Assembly: GCF_006345805.1 (NCBI RefSeq)
Contig: NC_043023.1
Location: forward strand, 17,422,001 to 17,486,000
Direction of reading: 5' to 3'
DNA: 64,000 nt
From: Octopus sinensis
Lineage: Eukaryota
Positions 1 through 12,385 of this stretch are shown here, in pieces. The notes beneath the pieces are model-generated. The model made no database searches. It saw only the letters and a list, made by a program, of their open reading frames with translations, and was not told where the DNA came from. The position numbers and the translations under genes are program-made. The stretch's first letter is position 1, and every line of letters starts with the position of its first letter.

Positions 1-190
1 ATGTATGAATGTATGTAGTATGTATGTATGTATGTATGAATGTATGTATGTATGAATGTATGTATGTATGTATGTATGTATGTATGTATGTATGTATGTA
101 TGTATGTATGAATGTATGTATGTATGTATGTATGTATGTATGTATGTATGAATGTATGTATGTATGTATGTATGTATGTATGTTTGTATG

Positions 191-224
<34 letters not shown>

Positions 225-351
225 TGCATGTATGTATGTATGGCTGTATGTATGTATGCATGCATGCATGTATATATGTATGTATGTATGCATGCATGCT
301 TGAATGTATGTATGCACGTATGCATGTATATATGTATGTATGTATTAGGTA

Positions 352-660
352 CATGCACATCCCTATACCGTGCATGTATACTAACATCGCTCCTTTACTC
401 ATGTGAGACATGGAACCTTTACAAACGTCATGTAAGGGTCCTTGAACACTTTCACCAGAGATGCCTGAGATACATTCTGAATGTTGGATGAACATTAAAA
501 ACTGCAGGCACACATTTCTTGAGGAAAGCTGATGTCCAGAGGATTGAGGCGACGATACATAAGCACTGGTTAGCCACGTTAGGTTCTCATTAGCCACGAA
601 CAGAGCTGCAAATGCAAAATATAAGTTAGTCCTAGAGTGCACAATGTTCCTGAAGGTCAG
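352..660 (+). mobile_element. RTE-clade LINE RT C-terminal fragment
   Basis: CILTSLLYSCETWNLYKRHVRVLEHFHQRCLRYILNV, typical of the RTE/BovB post-RT region. Confidence 0.75.
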
Positions 661-991
661 CAATGGTCTTCCTCGGTCACGAGTGGACAGTCATCTTCAT
701 GTATCATCATGTATACACACACACACACATGTATATAAATGAATATATATATATATGTATCTATATAAATGAATATATATATATGTATATATATATAAAT
801 AACTGTATATATGTATATATGTATATAGCTATATATATACATATATGTATATAAATGTATATTATATATGTGTATATATATATGTATAATTATGTATATA
901 TATGTATATAAATGTGTATATATATACGTACATAGATGTATATATGTATATGTGTGTATGTATATATGTATATATGTAATATAATACATAC

Positions 992-1042
<51 letters not shown>

Positions 1043-1369
1043 TACATATATACATACACACATATACATATATACATCTATGTACGTATATATATACACA
1101 TTTATATACATATATATACGTAATTATATATATATATATATAAAATATTATTCGAGACAAAACCACTATTTTGCAAAACAAACAAGGAAAGACTTAATAA
1201 TACATAAAATTTTAATAAATAGTCAAATATATATATGTATATAAATGTGTATATATATACGTACATAGATGTATATATGTATATGTGTGTATGTATATAT
1301 GTATATTATATATATATATATATGTATATATGTATATATACATACATACATACATGTATATATGTATAT

Positions 1370-1436
<67 letters not shown>

Positions 1437-1704
1437 TACATATATACATTTTTTGACTATTTATTAAAATTTTATGTATTAATTAAGTCTTTCCTTGTTT
1501 GTTTTGCAAAATAGTGGTTTTGTCTCGAATAATATTTTATAATATTTTACTATAAAATCGATTTAATCCTAAATCTGATTTTTTCCCTGTAAATTTGGAT
1601 TTATTCCCTAATATTTATTATTATTATATATATATATATATATATATTACGGAGATGTACTCGCATAGCAAGTAATTTGATCTGAGATCGTGTGCTGAAA
1701 GAAA

Positions 1705-1987
1705 ACAATTGCAGCGTGGAAGGTGTTTATAAGCCATTTAAGGAACACACAAAAGCCGTTCGATTCACTTCAACATTTAAGTTTAATTTGTCAAAATATT
1801 TTCGTCACTAAAATCCGTGACCTGTTCACTGACAAAAATCCGTGCAGCACAGATTTTTGTCAGTGAACAGGTCACGGATTTTAGTGACGAAAATATTTTG
1901 ACAAATTAAACTTAAATGTTGAAGTGAATCGAACGGCTTTTGTGTGTTCCTTAAATGGCTTATAAACACCTTCCACGCTGCAATTGT
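1705..1987. repeat. Perfect inverted repeat, 136-bp arms (1705-1840 / 1852-1987), 11-nt spacer; probable inverted PLE pseudo-LTR pair
   Basis: Arms checked base by base as reverse complements. Flanked by (TA)n. Each arm contains a hammerhead-like motif. Confidence 0.9.
1856..1905 (+). ncRNA. Minimal type I hammerhead-like motif, G3-C8 core variant (mirror copy on - strand 1787-1836)
   Basis: TTTGTCA-GTGAACA-G-GTCAC(ggatttta)GTGAC-GAAA-ATATTT-TGACAAA: 7-bp stem I, 5-bp stem II, palindromic stem III, one extra nucleotide after A9. Confidence 0.6.
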
Positions 1988-2019
1988 AATATATATATAG
2001 ATGAATGTATTTTTACCTT

Positions 2020-2930
2020 GTTACCAATTTACACAGAAAAAATAAATAAATATTTACGGGGGTAGCAAAAATCTCGCAAGTAAAGATGTTGTAACTCCTT
2101 GTTTATTGAGGTAGAAACTTCGTGGTTACGTAGAATATTTTGAATAATATATGAATAGGTAAATGGAGTTTAACGCAGTGTAAATGAAATATTTTTAACT
2201 TCGACACACGTTTCAAAAATTCCACTGATACTATTCAAAAGAATAAATGGAATAAACAATGCAATCTTCTCTTTGGGAAAGTGAAAAAAACGAAACTCGT
2301 CAATACGACATTTTAGCAAAAAATGATCGATTTGTATAGCGATTGACAGAACGCTATTTATATTGTTTAAAAAAACGTTATATGATATAAGGTCATAAGT
2401 AGCTTACAGAAAGTGTAGGGATATTAATAGTGAATGTTAAATATAAAGGAAATTAAAGTTTAAATTATATATAATTATAAAGACTACTTATATGCACTAA
2501 ATGTGTGTTTTTGCCAATGCTTACATCTGTATGCTCGCTCTATAACAGTGTTTACTAGATTAATTTTAGAAAAAATTATGAAAAATAGCTCAGAATTGCA
2601 GAGAAGACAGAATTCCTTGCCTTTGTCATAAGGTATCGAAATTGAGAGAATCAACCATTCTAAAGGAAATTGTTCATTGTCGTCTTTTAAAACCCAAATC
2701 ACTTTGCTGAGACCGGTATTATTACGTTTATTTCTATCCCTAAATATTGAGTAATGGATAGAAATTACTTTAGATAACTCTAACGATGTGCTTCCAATGT
2801 AAAATCGTACTTTATTACGAGTACTGATTATACACTGGTATATAGAATTTTTAATCTTAGAGTTACTTGACATAAACTTAATTCTATTGGAATTGACTTC
2901 AGATACAATATATATATATACATTTATATA
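2020..2930 (-). mobile_element. Penelope-like element 3' fragment: GIY-YIG endonuclease + pLTR with decayed hammerhead
   Basis: ORF 2484-2957: IYQC...FYIGST...LSKVIW...EWLIL...CLLCNSE. Homologous to 30990-31450. The pLTR has CCAAAGA...GAAACGTGTGTC at ~2198-2281. Confidence 0.75.
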
Positions 2931-2954
2931 TAACAATGTTGAGTTGTGGGGTAT

Positions 2955-3337
2955 CACTTCTTACACCAAGATGGCTCCCAAGAAGAAGGTTTCATCGAGC
3001 AAAGGAGGAAAATCTTCCTCTAAAACTACCAAAAAAAACAGAAAAGAAAAGAGAACCACGCGTCCGTAGACGGCCTACCGCTATTAGCAAAGCCAGGTCA
3101 AAGGCTGTGAAGGCAAAGAAGGCCGTTTTGAAAGGTATTCAAGCAAAGAAAGCTATTGTTAAGGGACTTCAAGCAAAGAGAGCAGTCTTAAAAGGTATTC
3201 ATCCCAGGAAAACCAAGAAGATACACACAAGTGTGAAGTTCAGGAGACCACGTACTCTTCGATTGCCGAGGGACCCGAAATATCCCAGGAAAAGCACTGG
3301 CACACGTGAAGATAAATTTGATCAATTTAGGATTTAG
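2955..3337 (+). pseudogene. RPL23A: Ribosomal protein L23a (uL23) retrocopy fragment, 5' half, frameshifted
   Basis: ATG at 2971 (MAPKKK). After a frameshift in an A-run: KAKKAVLKG...[27 protein letters not shown]...KFDQFRI, recognisable as the uL23 N-terminal region. No introns, truncated before the C-terminal domain. Confidence 0.85.
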
Positions 3338-3464
3338 GAAACCGGTTAAGTAAATAAACATCTTTAAAATTGCATTTTCAAACCTTCTTTCGTATATATA
3401 TATATATCTAGATATATGTATTTATGTATGTACATAAGTATGTATACTTGTATATTTTTCAGGA

Positions 3465-3795
3465 ATGGAGACAACAATTCAGTACCATTCGATTCCTCTT
3501 CTGCTGCCAGCTTTGACACTTTTGCTTTTCGTGACTCTTGTAACTGCCGGAGAACCAACGAATAGAGATGGTCTCTTCGAACAAACCACAACATCAAAAT
3601 GCTTAATTGATCAGAATAAAACTACAAAAACCGCGTCATCTCGTTTGGAATGTGCGAGTCTGTGTCTTTCCCGCGATGAGTGCGAATATTTTAGCTATTG
3701 TAATGGCCCGTGTTATATGCATCGATCGCTTTACAACGAAGAAATTAAAGATCAGGATTGCACATGTTCATCCTATATTTTACTCTCCGGAAACA
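3465..3795 (+). CDS. Adhesion GPCR, first coding exon: signal peptide + PAN/apple-like domain
   Basis: Acceptor ttttcAG at 3461-62, ATG at 3465. Hydrophobic leader LLLPALTLLLFVTLVTA, then CASLCLSRDECEYFSYC..C PAN-like Cys pattern. Donor GTATGT at 3796 (phase 1) joins in frame to 5887. Confidence 0.8.
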
Positions 3796-3875
3796 GTATG
3801 TAATTCACAATTTTCTGGCATATTTTTTTCGAATTTCTGTATTATATTTTCATCATTATCCCAATTATTTTACAA

Positions 3876-3957
<82 letters not shown>

Positions 3958-4140
3958 TTATTATTATTCAGTTTATTTCAGGATTTCTTGCCAATAGAGA
4001 ACGAACCGGTTTCTAACCTAAATCCAGGCTCCTTCACTGGAATTGCAACATCAACGACGGGGTATTTTTGTTTGTAAGTTTGTATATATGTTATGTATGT
4101 ATGTATCTATGCGAAGATTTGTATGTATTATGTATGTATG

Positions 4141-4480
4141 CTCGCAAAGAAACGAACAAGGGACAACAATCAATGCAAACTCACAAACTGTCCCATCCGT
4201 GACATAGATTTATGCCAACGAGTAAATGTTTTGTATAGAATACAATGTGACAAACGCAACAAGTTCTATGTGGGTAGCACAACATAACCGTTACACGTCC
4301 GCATCAAAGAACATCTTAACACGATAGTCACCTCCTTCAGAAAAGATGCCGGAACACCGACAAAAGCATAACAGTCACAATTGAGGCCAGTGAAAGAAAT
4401 GTGGGTAATTTAAGAATTAAGGAAGCTATACTCATATGTAGACTCATAAACGAGACATTGCCGACCTCACGCACTTAGTG
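4141..4480 (+). mobile_element. Decayed GIY-YIG endonuclease fragment of a second PLE family
   Basis: CKLTNCPIRDIDLC..VNVLYRIQC....FYVGST-x-PLHVRIKEH, with stops. Confidence 0.65.
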
Positions 4481-4489
4481 CTCTCATAA

Positions 4490-5400
4490 TCAGTATATTC
4501 AAGAAAGGAGATAGAAAATCTTATGGAAACCATCGTGTAATCTCGCTACTTATTATTTTAGGAAAGATCTTTGCTCCAATACCCTTGAACGGTCTCCACG
4601 TCATCGCAGAAAGAATCCTTCCAGAATCCCAGTGTGTTTTCCGAGAATTACTTGGAACCATAGACACGATCTGCGCCAGACAATTCCAAAACAAGTATCG
4701 AGAACAACAAAATGAATTTTACTCATCTTTTATGATCTGCAAAAGGTTTGTGATAGAGTACCAAGACCAGCCATATGGACGGCCCTTGATTATTTCTTCT
4801 ACCTGATCATACAATGGTATGACTGGGCGTTTCCTTCCTCGTGATGGACTCTCAGAAGAATTCCCAATTACATCTGGATTGAAACAAGTTTATGTACCCG
4901 CTACTATGCTTTTCTCCCGAAACCTTCCTGCAATGATCTATGAACTTCCCTCGGATCAGCTGGGAAAGGACATCAGATATCGTTTTGATGAAAGACTCTT
5001 CAGCCTGGTGAGGTTTCGGTCAAAGAATCTTACCAGTTCCAAGCGAATCTTACCAGTTCCAAGCGAATCTCAGAACTTCACTTCGTCGATGGCAACGTGG
5101 TCACTCGGTCACTCAAGCTTAGAACTGCAACGATCTGTCAGTTATTTCACCATTGCGTATCAACGTTTTGAGCTCACTGTAAATTCTAAGAAATCTCAGT
5201 TCTTCGCCTAATCAATCCCGAATTCTGCGCTTCTGGACTTTAACATCATAATTTCGGGCACACCACTGGAACGAGTTAATCACTTTGCATGCCTTAGAAG
5301 TGTGCTTTGCACCTAACACAATCCTGAGCGAGATGTGGAACGAGGAATTGGACCGGTTCACTCAGCTTTCTTTGAAATAAATAAATGTATTTCCTGAAAA
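4490..5400 (+). mobile_element. Decayed RTE-clade LINE RT fragment
   Basis: IFKKGDRK...ISLL...GKIFA, ERILPESQC.FR...GTID..C ARQFQ.K.REQ, YRFDERLF, with frameshifts. Confidence 0.7.
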
Positions 5401-5886
5401 ATCCTGGAAACTTCTGCAATGCACCTTCTTTTTCTTTAAAATCCTATTGGTGTCACAAAAACTTTACACAGATATGACCGTCATCAGTTGAGGCTCGAGC
5501 GTCTGCTAAATTAAATGCGCCTAAGCGTAAGCGGCCCTTATCAATGGGAGAAATCAAGTCGTAAATAGATGATTTAAACAGCGATGAAGAAGTGTTTTTC
5601 TGATTTTCTTTCATCATCAAATGAAGCAGATGATGTTGAAAATGATGGTTTAGATAATACAGAAAAAATAATGCTTCAACTAGCTCTGGATGGAAAAAGT
5701 GCACCGATTCGTCTCAATTTGTTTAAGACCAACAATTATTTTAGTTTTTGTGCTTAATTTAATGAAAATAAATATAAAAATTAGCTTTATGAAAAAGAGA
5801 TTTTTTCGATTATTGTCCGTTTGTCACACACATTCATGCAACACTTTTCCGCCGTTTAAGTGTAAACATCTTGTTTGTATACTTAG

Positions 5887-5978
5887 GTAAAAGCTGGCAG
5901 AAAGTATTTGAGATGACCAAAACCTCATTTAAGAAAAGCCCTATTTATTTGTACTGGGACAATTTGCCTATTGAAAAG
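5887..5978 (+). CDS. Adhesion GPCR exon (S-KSWQKVFEMTKTSFKKSPIYLYWDNLPIEK)
   Basis: cttAG acceptor, phase 1 matches the upstream donor, open frame, donor AAG|GTAATT at 5979 (phase 0) matches 8813. Confidence 0.7.
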
Positions 5979-6149
5979 GTAATTCCTTTTTTAGAATTTC
6001 AAGATGATTCTCATTGAATAACCAATCTACAGATTTGTTGCTGTTTTACAATAATTACTAGTGTTTTCTTTTTAATGTTTAATTTCAGTTTCTGATGTTT
6101 ATTTCATTTTTAAAATCTATCTTTTTATGTTAGCAAGTTTCTTTGGCGG

Positions 6150-7275
6150 GGTTTCACGATAGAACAAGATCCAGACTAATTTTGCTTCTAAATTTCAATG
6201 GAATATTGTGCAGTGTTTTCATTTTGTGGCATGAGTGTTGCTATAAAACATACACGACGCATAGAAACCTATTCATCTCGTATTTATTTCTCCTTTTTTT
6301 CTGTTTCACTAGCGAGACTTGGGGACTAAGGTCCGGCCTTTTATTTAGATTTTCATCATTTTCGCCGGGTATCTGATTAAGGACACTGATCTTTGCTTTA
6401 ATAAGGGTTTTGGAATTCAGCTTTGACTGCAATGATTTTCTTACTCTCCTTGTGTACTCCCAATTGGTCGTTTCTTTCATTCATTTTCTATTTCGTCTGC
6501 TTTCAGTATTCCCAACTACTTTTACCACCGTCCTTTCTCAACTGCTCCCATTCTTTGCCCATTTGGCATTTCAATTCCCTGGCTTCTTTCAAATGTTCCT
6601 CCTTTTATTTTCAATATAGCGCACTTTTCTATCCCAAATTCCATACCAACGTCATTTGAGAAAATGCGGATAATATTTACAAGATTTTCAAACTGTTTCT
6701 CATTTTTCGCATAAACTTTTGTATCGTCCATGAAAAGAAGATGATTTATCTGACCATTTCCTTTAACCAAATCGTAAGCAATTTTCACTTTTCATGGCCA
6801 ATTCGAATAGTAACGGAGATAAGCTATCAACTTGAAATATTCCACGTCTGATGTTCACTTTTCCGGGTTTTTGTTTTTCTCCGATCATTTCAGTATTCCA
6901 ATGTTCCATACTTTCATTTAGCATTTTCTCCATGCTTTTTGTTTTTGGCTATTTCAAACCTGCTCCTTGTTTTACTTATCTAACTGTGTGGTACCATGTC
7001 ATACGCTTTTTTCTAATCTAACCATGCTACATTCACTCCTGCCAATCATCTACCTCTGCAATTTCTAATTATCATTTTATCATCTAATAGGTGATCTTTT
7101 GTTGCCCTACTTTGGTTCCTGCAGCCTTTCTGTTCTTTAGGTAATAGATTGTTACTTACCTGATGTTTGCAATTTCCCTTTCAAGGGGTCCTTGACGCAT
7201 TAGCAGCGTTCGCTCGCTTGTCATCCATGCAGGGGTGCGACCTTGCTGCAGGCAGTCATCCTGTTGCACAGCGAT
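6150..7275 (-). mobile_element. Decayed non-LTR RT fragment, R4/Dong-like (clade tentative)
   Basis: [24 protein letters not shown] and INHLLFMDDTKVYAKN...FSNDVGMEFGIEKCA. Abuts (TTC)n/(TTA)n at 7280-7415. Confidence 0.65.
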
Positions 7276-8812
7276 CCTCTCTTCTTCTTCTTCTTCTTCT
7301 TCTTCTTCTTTTTCTTCTTCTTTTTCTTCTTCTTCTTCTTCTTCTTCTTCTTCTTCTTTCTTCTTCTTCTCATTATTATTATTATTATTATTATTAATAT
7401 TATTATTAGTAGTAGTATTATTATAAAAGAATCAGAATAATTAGAGCGTAGAACACAACGCTCGTGGTATTTAATTCCGGATCTTTATTTTCCGAGTTCA
7501 ATTTCCGCCGAAGTCGACTTTGTCTTTCATCCTTCAAGGAACGATAGCATAATGTGACAAACGTCTTCAGATCGCAGAGACGTTGGATTTCATAGACAGC
7601 AACATAACCAAGAGTGTCTCGATATTGAATCAGTGTGTTGACGAGGAATACTTCTAGGTTACGAAAGAGACTGGTACAAATGGATCAGAATGTGGAATGG
7701 TTCGATATCGTCATCGGTGCTTTGGTGTAAGAAGAGCGCGAAGGTTAAAAGGGATTATGAGCATTATAACTAAGAAGAAAAGGGGATTTAAGGAGGAGTT
7801 TGGAAAGCGATGAATTAACACCTGAATTGGATCGATGAGGAATAAATATTTTGAAGTAGAATAGCAAAGAGTTTTAACTGCTAAGATCGAAATAAGAATG
7901 GTGAGTGGTTATAAGTGTAGGAATAAAGGGTTGAGTAGACATGAGGTTGAGAAAGAAGGAGAGAGATTATGAGAAGGTTATGTGTCAGCGAGGAAAAACG
8001 TTTGTCTTGCATTTTAGAAGGAAGAGGTGGAAGGATGAAATTCACGAATATGTAGATGGGACAGTAAAAATGCTTTTAATTCGAGACGAACTTCAGAAAA
8101 GCTACACTCTACCAGGGTCAAAAGAACTTGATGGACACACCTACACGCGTACCCCAGCATTTGGTCAGAAGCTACTGTCCCTCTGGCATCCGCTTCACCT
8201 AAGAGTCTAGACCAAGGAAGAGGCAGATCGAAAGCCCCTTTCTTGAGGTGATGTCACAACTCCTTTACTTCCGTTCCTGATATCTCTCTTCATTCCTCCA
8301 CAGAACATCGATATGTGTTTGATGTGGGATCGATTCTTGCCGTTTTTTACTTTGTTTTTATTTTATCCTGATTTTGTCAGGGTTTTCTAGTTCCTATAGA
8401 TGCAACAAAACTTTTAGAAAGACTCCGAAATCATGACTCATTAGTTAGTAGTCTGATTCTCTGTCTCGTAAGTCAGCCACATTTTCCTCTCAAACCAAAT
8501 CACTTTCTGTCTAAATTTTGCACTTCTAACGCGACATAGCATTTCGTCTTCTCATTTTCCTTCCGTCTGTATTTCTGTCTGTCTGTCTGTCTGTCTCTCT
8601 CTCCTCCTCCTCTTCCTCTTATTTTCTGTATTCTCTAGTCTTTTTCTCCTGCACTCAAAGTCTCACTCTTCCCCCCACGATTCTCTCCATCTCATTCTCG
8701 CCCTCTTACTCTCTCCTTATATCACATCCTAGTCTCCATTCTCTTCTTACAACTCTGCCATCCCTCATTCTCTGAGATTTGTCACTGGTTCGAGTTTACT
8801 TTCCATTTGCAG

Positions 8813-8952
8813 GTGGAATTTCGGTTGAAAAAACCATCAGATGATGACGTATTCATTTTCCGTGGAACAGGGACGAATTCTACATCATGGTTCCAGAAAG
8901 ATAAAATAATTGTACAGCAATGGCATACAGTAATGGTGACATTCAATGCGAA
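8813..8952 (+). CDS. Adhesion GPCR exon (VEFRLKKPSDDDVFIFRGTGTNSTSWFQKDKIIVQQW...)
   Basis: tttgcAG acceptor, phase 0, open frame with an FxGxGT...SWF motif. The 3' boundary is uncertain (candidate donors at 8930 and 8953). Confidence 0.65.
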
Positions 8953-10390
8953 GTATATATCATCTCCTTACTCATAATTAACATCTTAAATTATTTAATA
9001 ATTTTTCTTTTGAACACTTTCAGCAAAGATTACCGATATACTTTATATCTCATTGTTGTATAATATTATAATTCCATAATGATAATCCTTTCTCCCGTAC
9101 GCAGAACGTCTGACAGTTTGTTGGGGCGGTGGGGTGGGGGGTTAGTCGGTACCAGTGTCAAACTGGTAATCATTCCAACGACCCCCGAAAGGGTGATAGG
9201 CACAGTCGACCTCGGTGGAATTTGAACTCAGGATGTATAGACGGACAAAATACTGCTAAGCATTTTATCCGGCATGCTAAACATTCTGTCAACTCGCCGC
9301 CGCATACTAATGATTATGATAATGTTTTCGTTATGAACCTTAAGGTTTGACAAAAAGATCGATGAGGGTACAATTGATTTTGTGTGGGATTACATTTAAA
9401 AAAAACATGTAAACATAGAAAATAACAAAAATATAAAAAAAAAACAATTTATCAATTGTAATATATTAGTTTCAGTTACCCGGAGTTTAACATTGGGAAT
9501 AACGGCGAGAGGATAGAAGCCAAAAGAAAAAGTGGAAATAAGGAAGAGTACGATATTTCTTACAAAACGCCGACCGGTTGTAAGTAAAACATCGCCTCTT
9601 GATTTCAGTGTAATTGATTGTATAACTCTGTGTTGGCGTACGCGAATGCATGCGTGCATGTGTGCTTGTGTGTGTGTGCATGTGTGTGTGCATGCGCGCG
9701 CAGCTGTGGTTTTCAAGAAGCATTGTCTCATACATATAAATCTTTTAAATAGTTTTTCTTTAAAGCCAAATGAATGCAAGTTGTAACAAAATATTAATAA
9801 TACAAGTCAGTGGTTTATACTCTTCTCTAGCATTTCAGTATTTCGGAGCAAGGAATCGTTCTTCGGGAAATTTACGGACAAACGGTGCTGATAACTGTTT
9901 TCCCTGCTCTCTGGCGTGTGATTATGAAGGGTTGGTTTGTGTTGCTATACACTGAACCTCAAAAGAAACGCGACATGTGTGTGACTGTGAAATATGTTTT
10001 AATTTCTTTATGTCTGAGATAAATTTTGATAAATCTGATAAACCTATCAATGGATTCAGTGATAGGTTGAATATTTTCAGTGTCTAAAAAGCATTACGGC
10101 GAGAAAAGACAAAGACAGTACGTGGATTGCTAGAAATCGGATCTGACACATCACCAACTCGCCTTACTCCTGCCTTTCCGTTTTCGAAAACAGGTGCACA
10201 GTTATTTGCGGAATGGTCAAATTAATTTCAATGACACAAAAACCTGAAATATTAACAATTATATTTAGTGTTTTCAGCGGTCAACTTAGAAACAAACTTT
10301 ACTTTTTATAAGGATATATGTGTATGTATGTATGCATGTGTGCATGCATGCATGTATGTATGCATGCATGTATGTATGTGTGAATGTATA

Positions 10391-10453
<63 letters not shown>

Positions 10454-11082
10454 GGGGGGGGGTTGTTTGTGTGTGTGTGATGATCATCCTGAAATTTAGA
10501 GTTAATTTCATTAATTTCTAACAATTTTTTCATTATTTTTTTTCCAGATGTATATATTTACGAAGCCATGGTCATCTCAGTGATTTGGAAGTAGAATATA
10601 TATTATTCCAGAAATTGCATATTCTTACATACATGCGCACATACATACATACATACAAACACACACACATAAATACATACATACATACATAAATACATGC
10701 ATACATACATACACACATACATACACACACACACATATACATACATACATACACACACTCACACACATACATACATACATACAAACATACATACATACAT
10801 AAATACATACATACATATATATATACATACACATACATACATACATACATACATACATACATACATACATACATGCATGCATAAATACAAACGGACAGAC
10901 AGACATTGATGTACAATGTAAATGCTTTGAATAATAATAAAGGACATCATAGACAGGACAGCGTTCAACAGATACGCTGTTAGCTTAATGCTTTAATAGA
11001 AGAGAAAATCTCAAGATTTCAGAGGTAAGTCCTTCATCAGAAGGAAAGGAAAAGCCTAGAGGAGTTAGAAAGAAGAATAAAA

Positions 11083-11130
<48 letters not shown>

Positions 11131-12353
11131 AAAACGGCCAAAGTGTTAGGAACCGGATGAAATGCAGTTGAATGAGGAGGGAGTTAATAAGGAAGAGAGA
11201 TGGGTGTCTGTGTGCAAGTATAGAAGTGGAACCTTATCTGAATCGGGACATATAGGAATGTGTGTGTGTGTGTACTGTTGCTTGAGATATGCATGTGACT
11301 AGAAGTATGCAAATTCAGAAGTTTAGTGGCGTAGATACGTTGGGTATGCGAGATGTTGGTGTGTGTGTTGTCGTTAAGAAGAAAGTGTGGATGTGAGGAG
11401 GTAGAAGTGTGCACGAGTGGGAAGGAAATGAAAAGGCGAGAGGAATGAGGAAGGTGTGATGGATGTGTGGGAAAGTATACGAGTGTGAAACGGTTTCAGG
11501 CGGACGGAAGGTTTGTGCTGAAATAAGCATGAAAGAGAAAAGACACAAGTTCTGTGAGAGAAGAACGGTTAAAGAAAAAATATTTAAAAATTTTAAGACA
11601 TTGGTAATAATTAATAAAATCCAGATGTGAGAAAAATGTACGCGAATTGCTAGTGAGTTGCCATTGAAGACAGGAAACTCGCGATCAGTCAGCCATCTAC
11701 ATTTTTTCCATCCGGTGGCATTCCAGACGTTTGGTGGAGTCGGTCCACTAACTGCGAGTTTCCTGTCTTCACTGGCAACTCACTAGCAATTCGCCCAGCA
11801 GAGGCAACTGGTGAGGCTCGTGACGGCGCTTGGCTGTTCCATTGCCTCAGCCTCGCCATCACCCATGGCAACGCGGCAAGCATACTGGCGTGCCCCAATA
11901 GCCTAAAGTGGTGAATTGTTTTGTTTTTCTCTTTTTTATTTTTTATTTTTTCATTTGTGTTTTCTGTTTTGTCCAATTTTCTAATTTAATCTTTTAAAAC
12001 GGTAAACTCTGTGAAGGCAATAAATTACGAAAAAAAGTGTGACACAAGCAAGGTTTTTCTAAACAAACTTGGAGTATTTCGTTTTTGGATTTGGTTTGCA
12101 AGATTCTTTATGTGAGTTCGTGTGTTGAAGCATATTCTGTTGTGTCTGGGGAGAGACATTTTCTTTTTTGTCCCTTATAATGTAACACACTCACCGGTAA
12201 AATTTCCACTTTCTTCTTATTTTTTATTTTCCTAAAATTTTCGTTGCGTCTTGCAACCTTTTCAATAGTCTTGACTCTGTCCGTTATTTACACTACCTGC
12301 CCTTTTGTTTGTTTGTGCTCATGTGTGTGGGTCAGTGTGTGTGTGTATGTATG

Positions 12354-12385
<32 letters not shown>

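Noticed and set aside
9-1514. Many Y/V/C/M/I-rich ORFs (also 10268-10968, 12244-14973, 33243-34250, 46465-47617)
   Set aside because: Translations of (TATG)n/(TA)n/(CA)n microsatellites, which lack stops in some frames.
3982-4073. Possible small exon DFLPIENEPV...
   Set aside because: Its phase does not fit the strong donor at 3796, and 3795 joins 5887 cleanly without it.
5450-5880. Acidic/basic stretch resembling a DNA transposon 5' region
   Set aside because: No TIR, TSD or catalytic motif could be confirmed.
9831-10620. Candidate exons after AG at ~9830 and ~10548 (GWFVLLY; YIYEA/HGHLSD)
   Set aside because: Motif-like pieces fall in different frames with stops and no consistent donor.
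10990-11050. Minus-strand CTGATGA...GAAA hammerhead-like string
   Set aside because: Stems I-III do not pair convincingly; at best heavily decayed.
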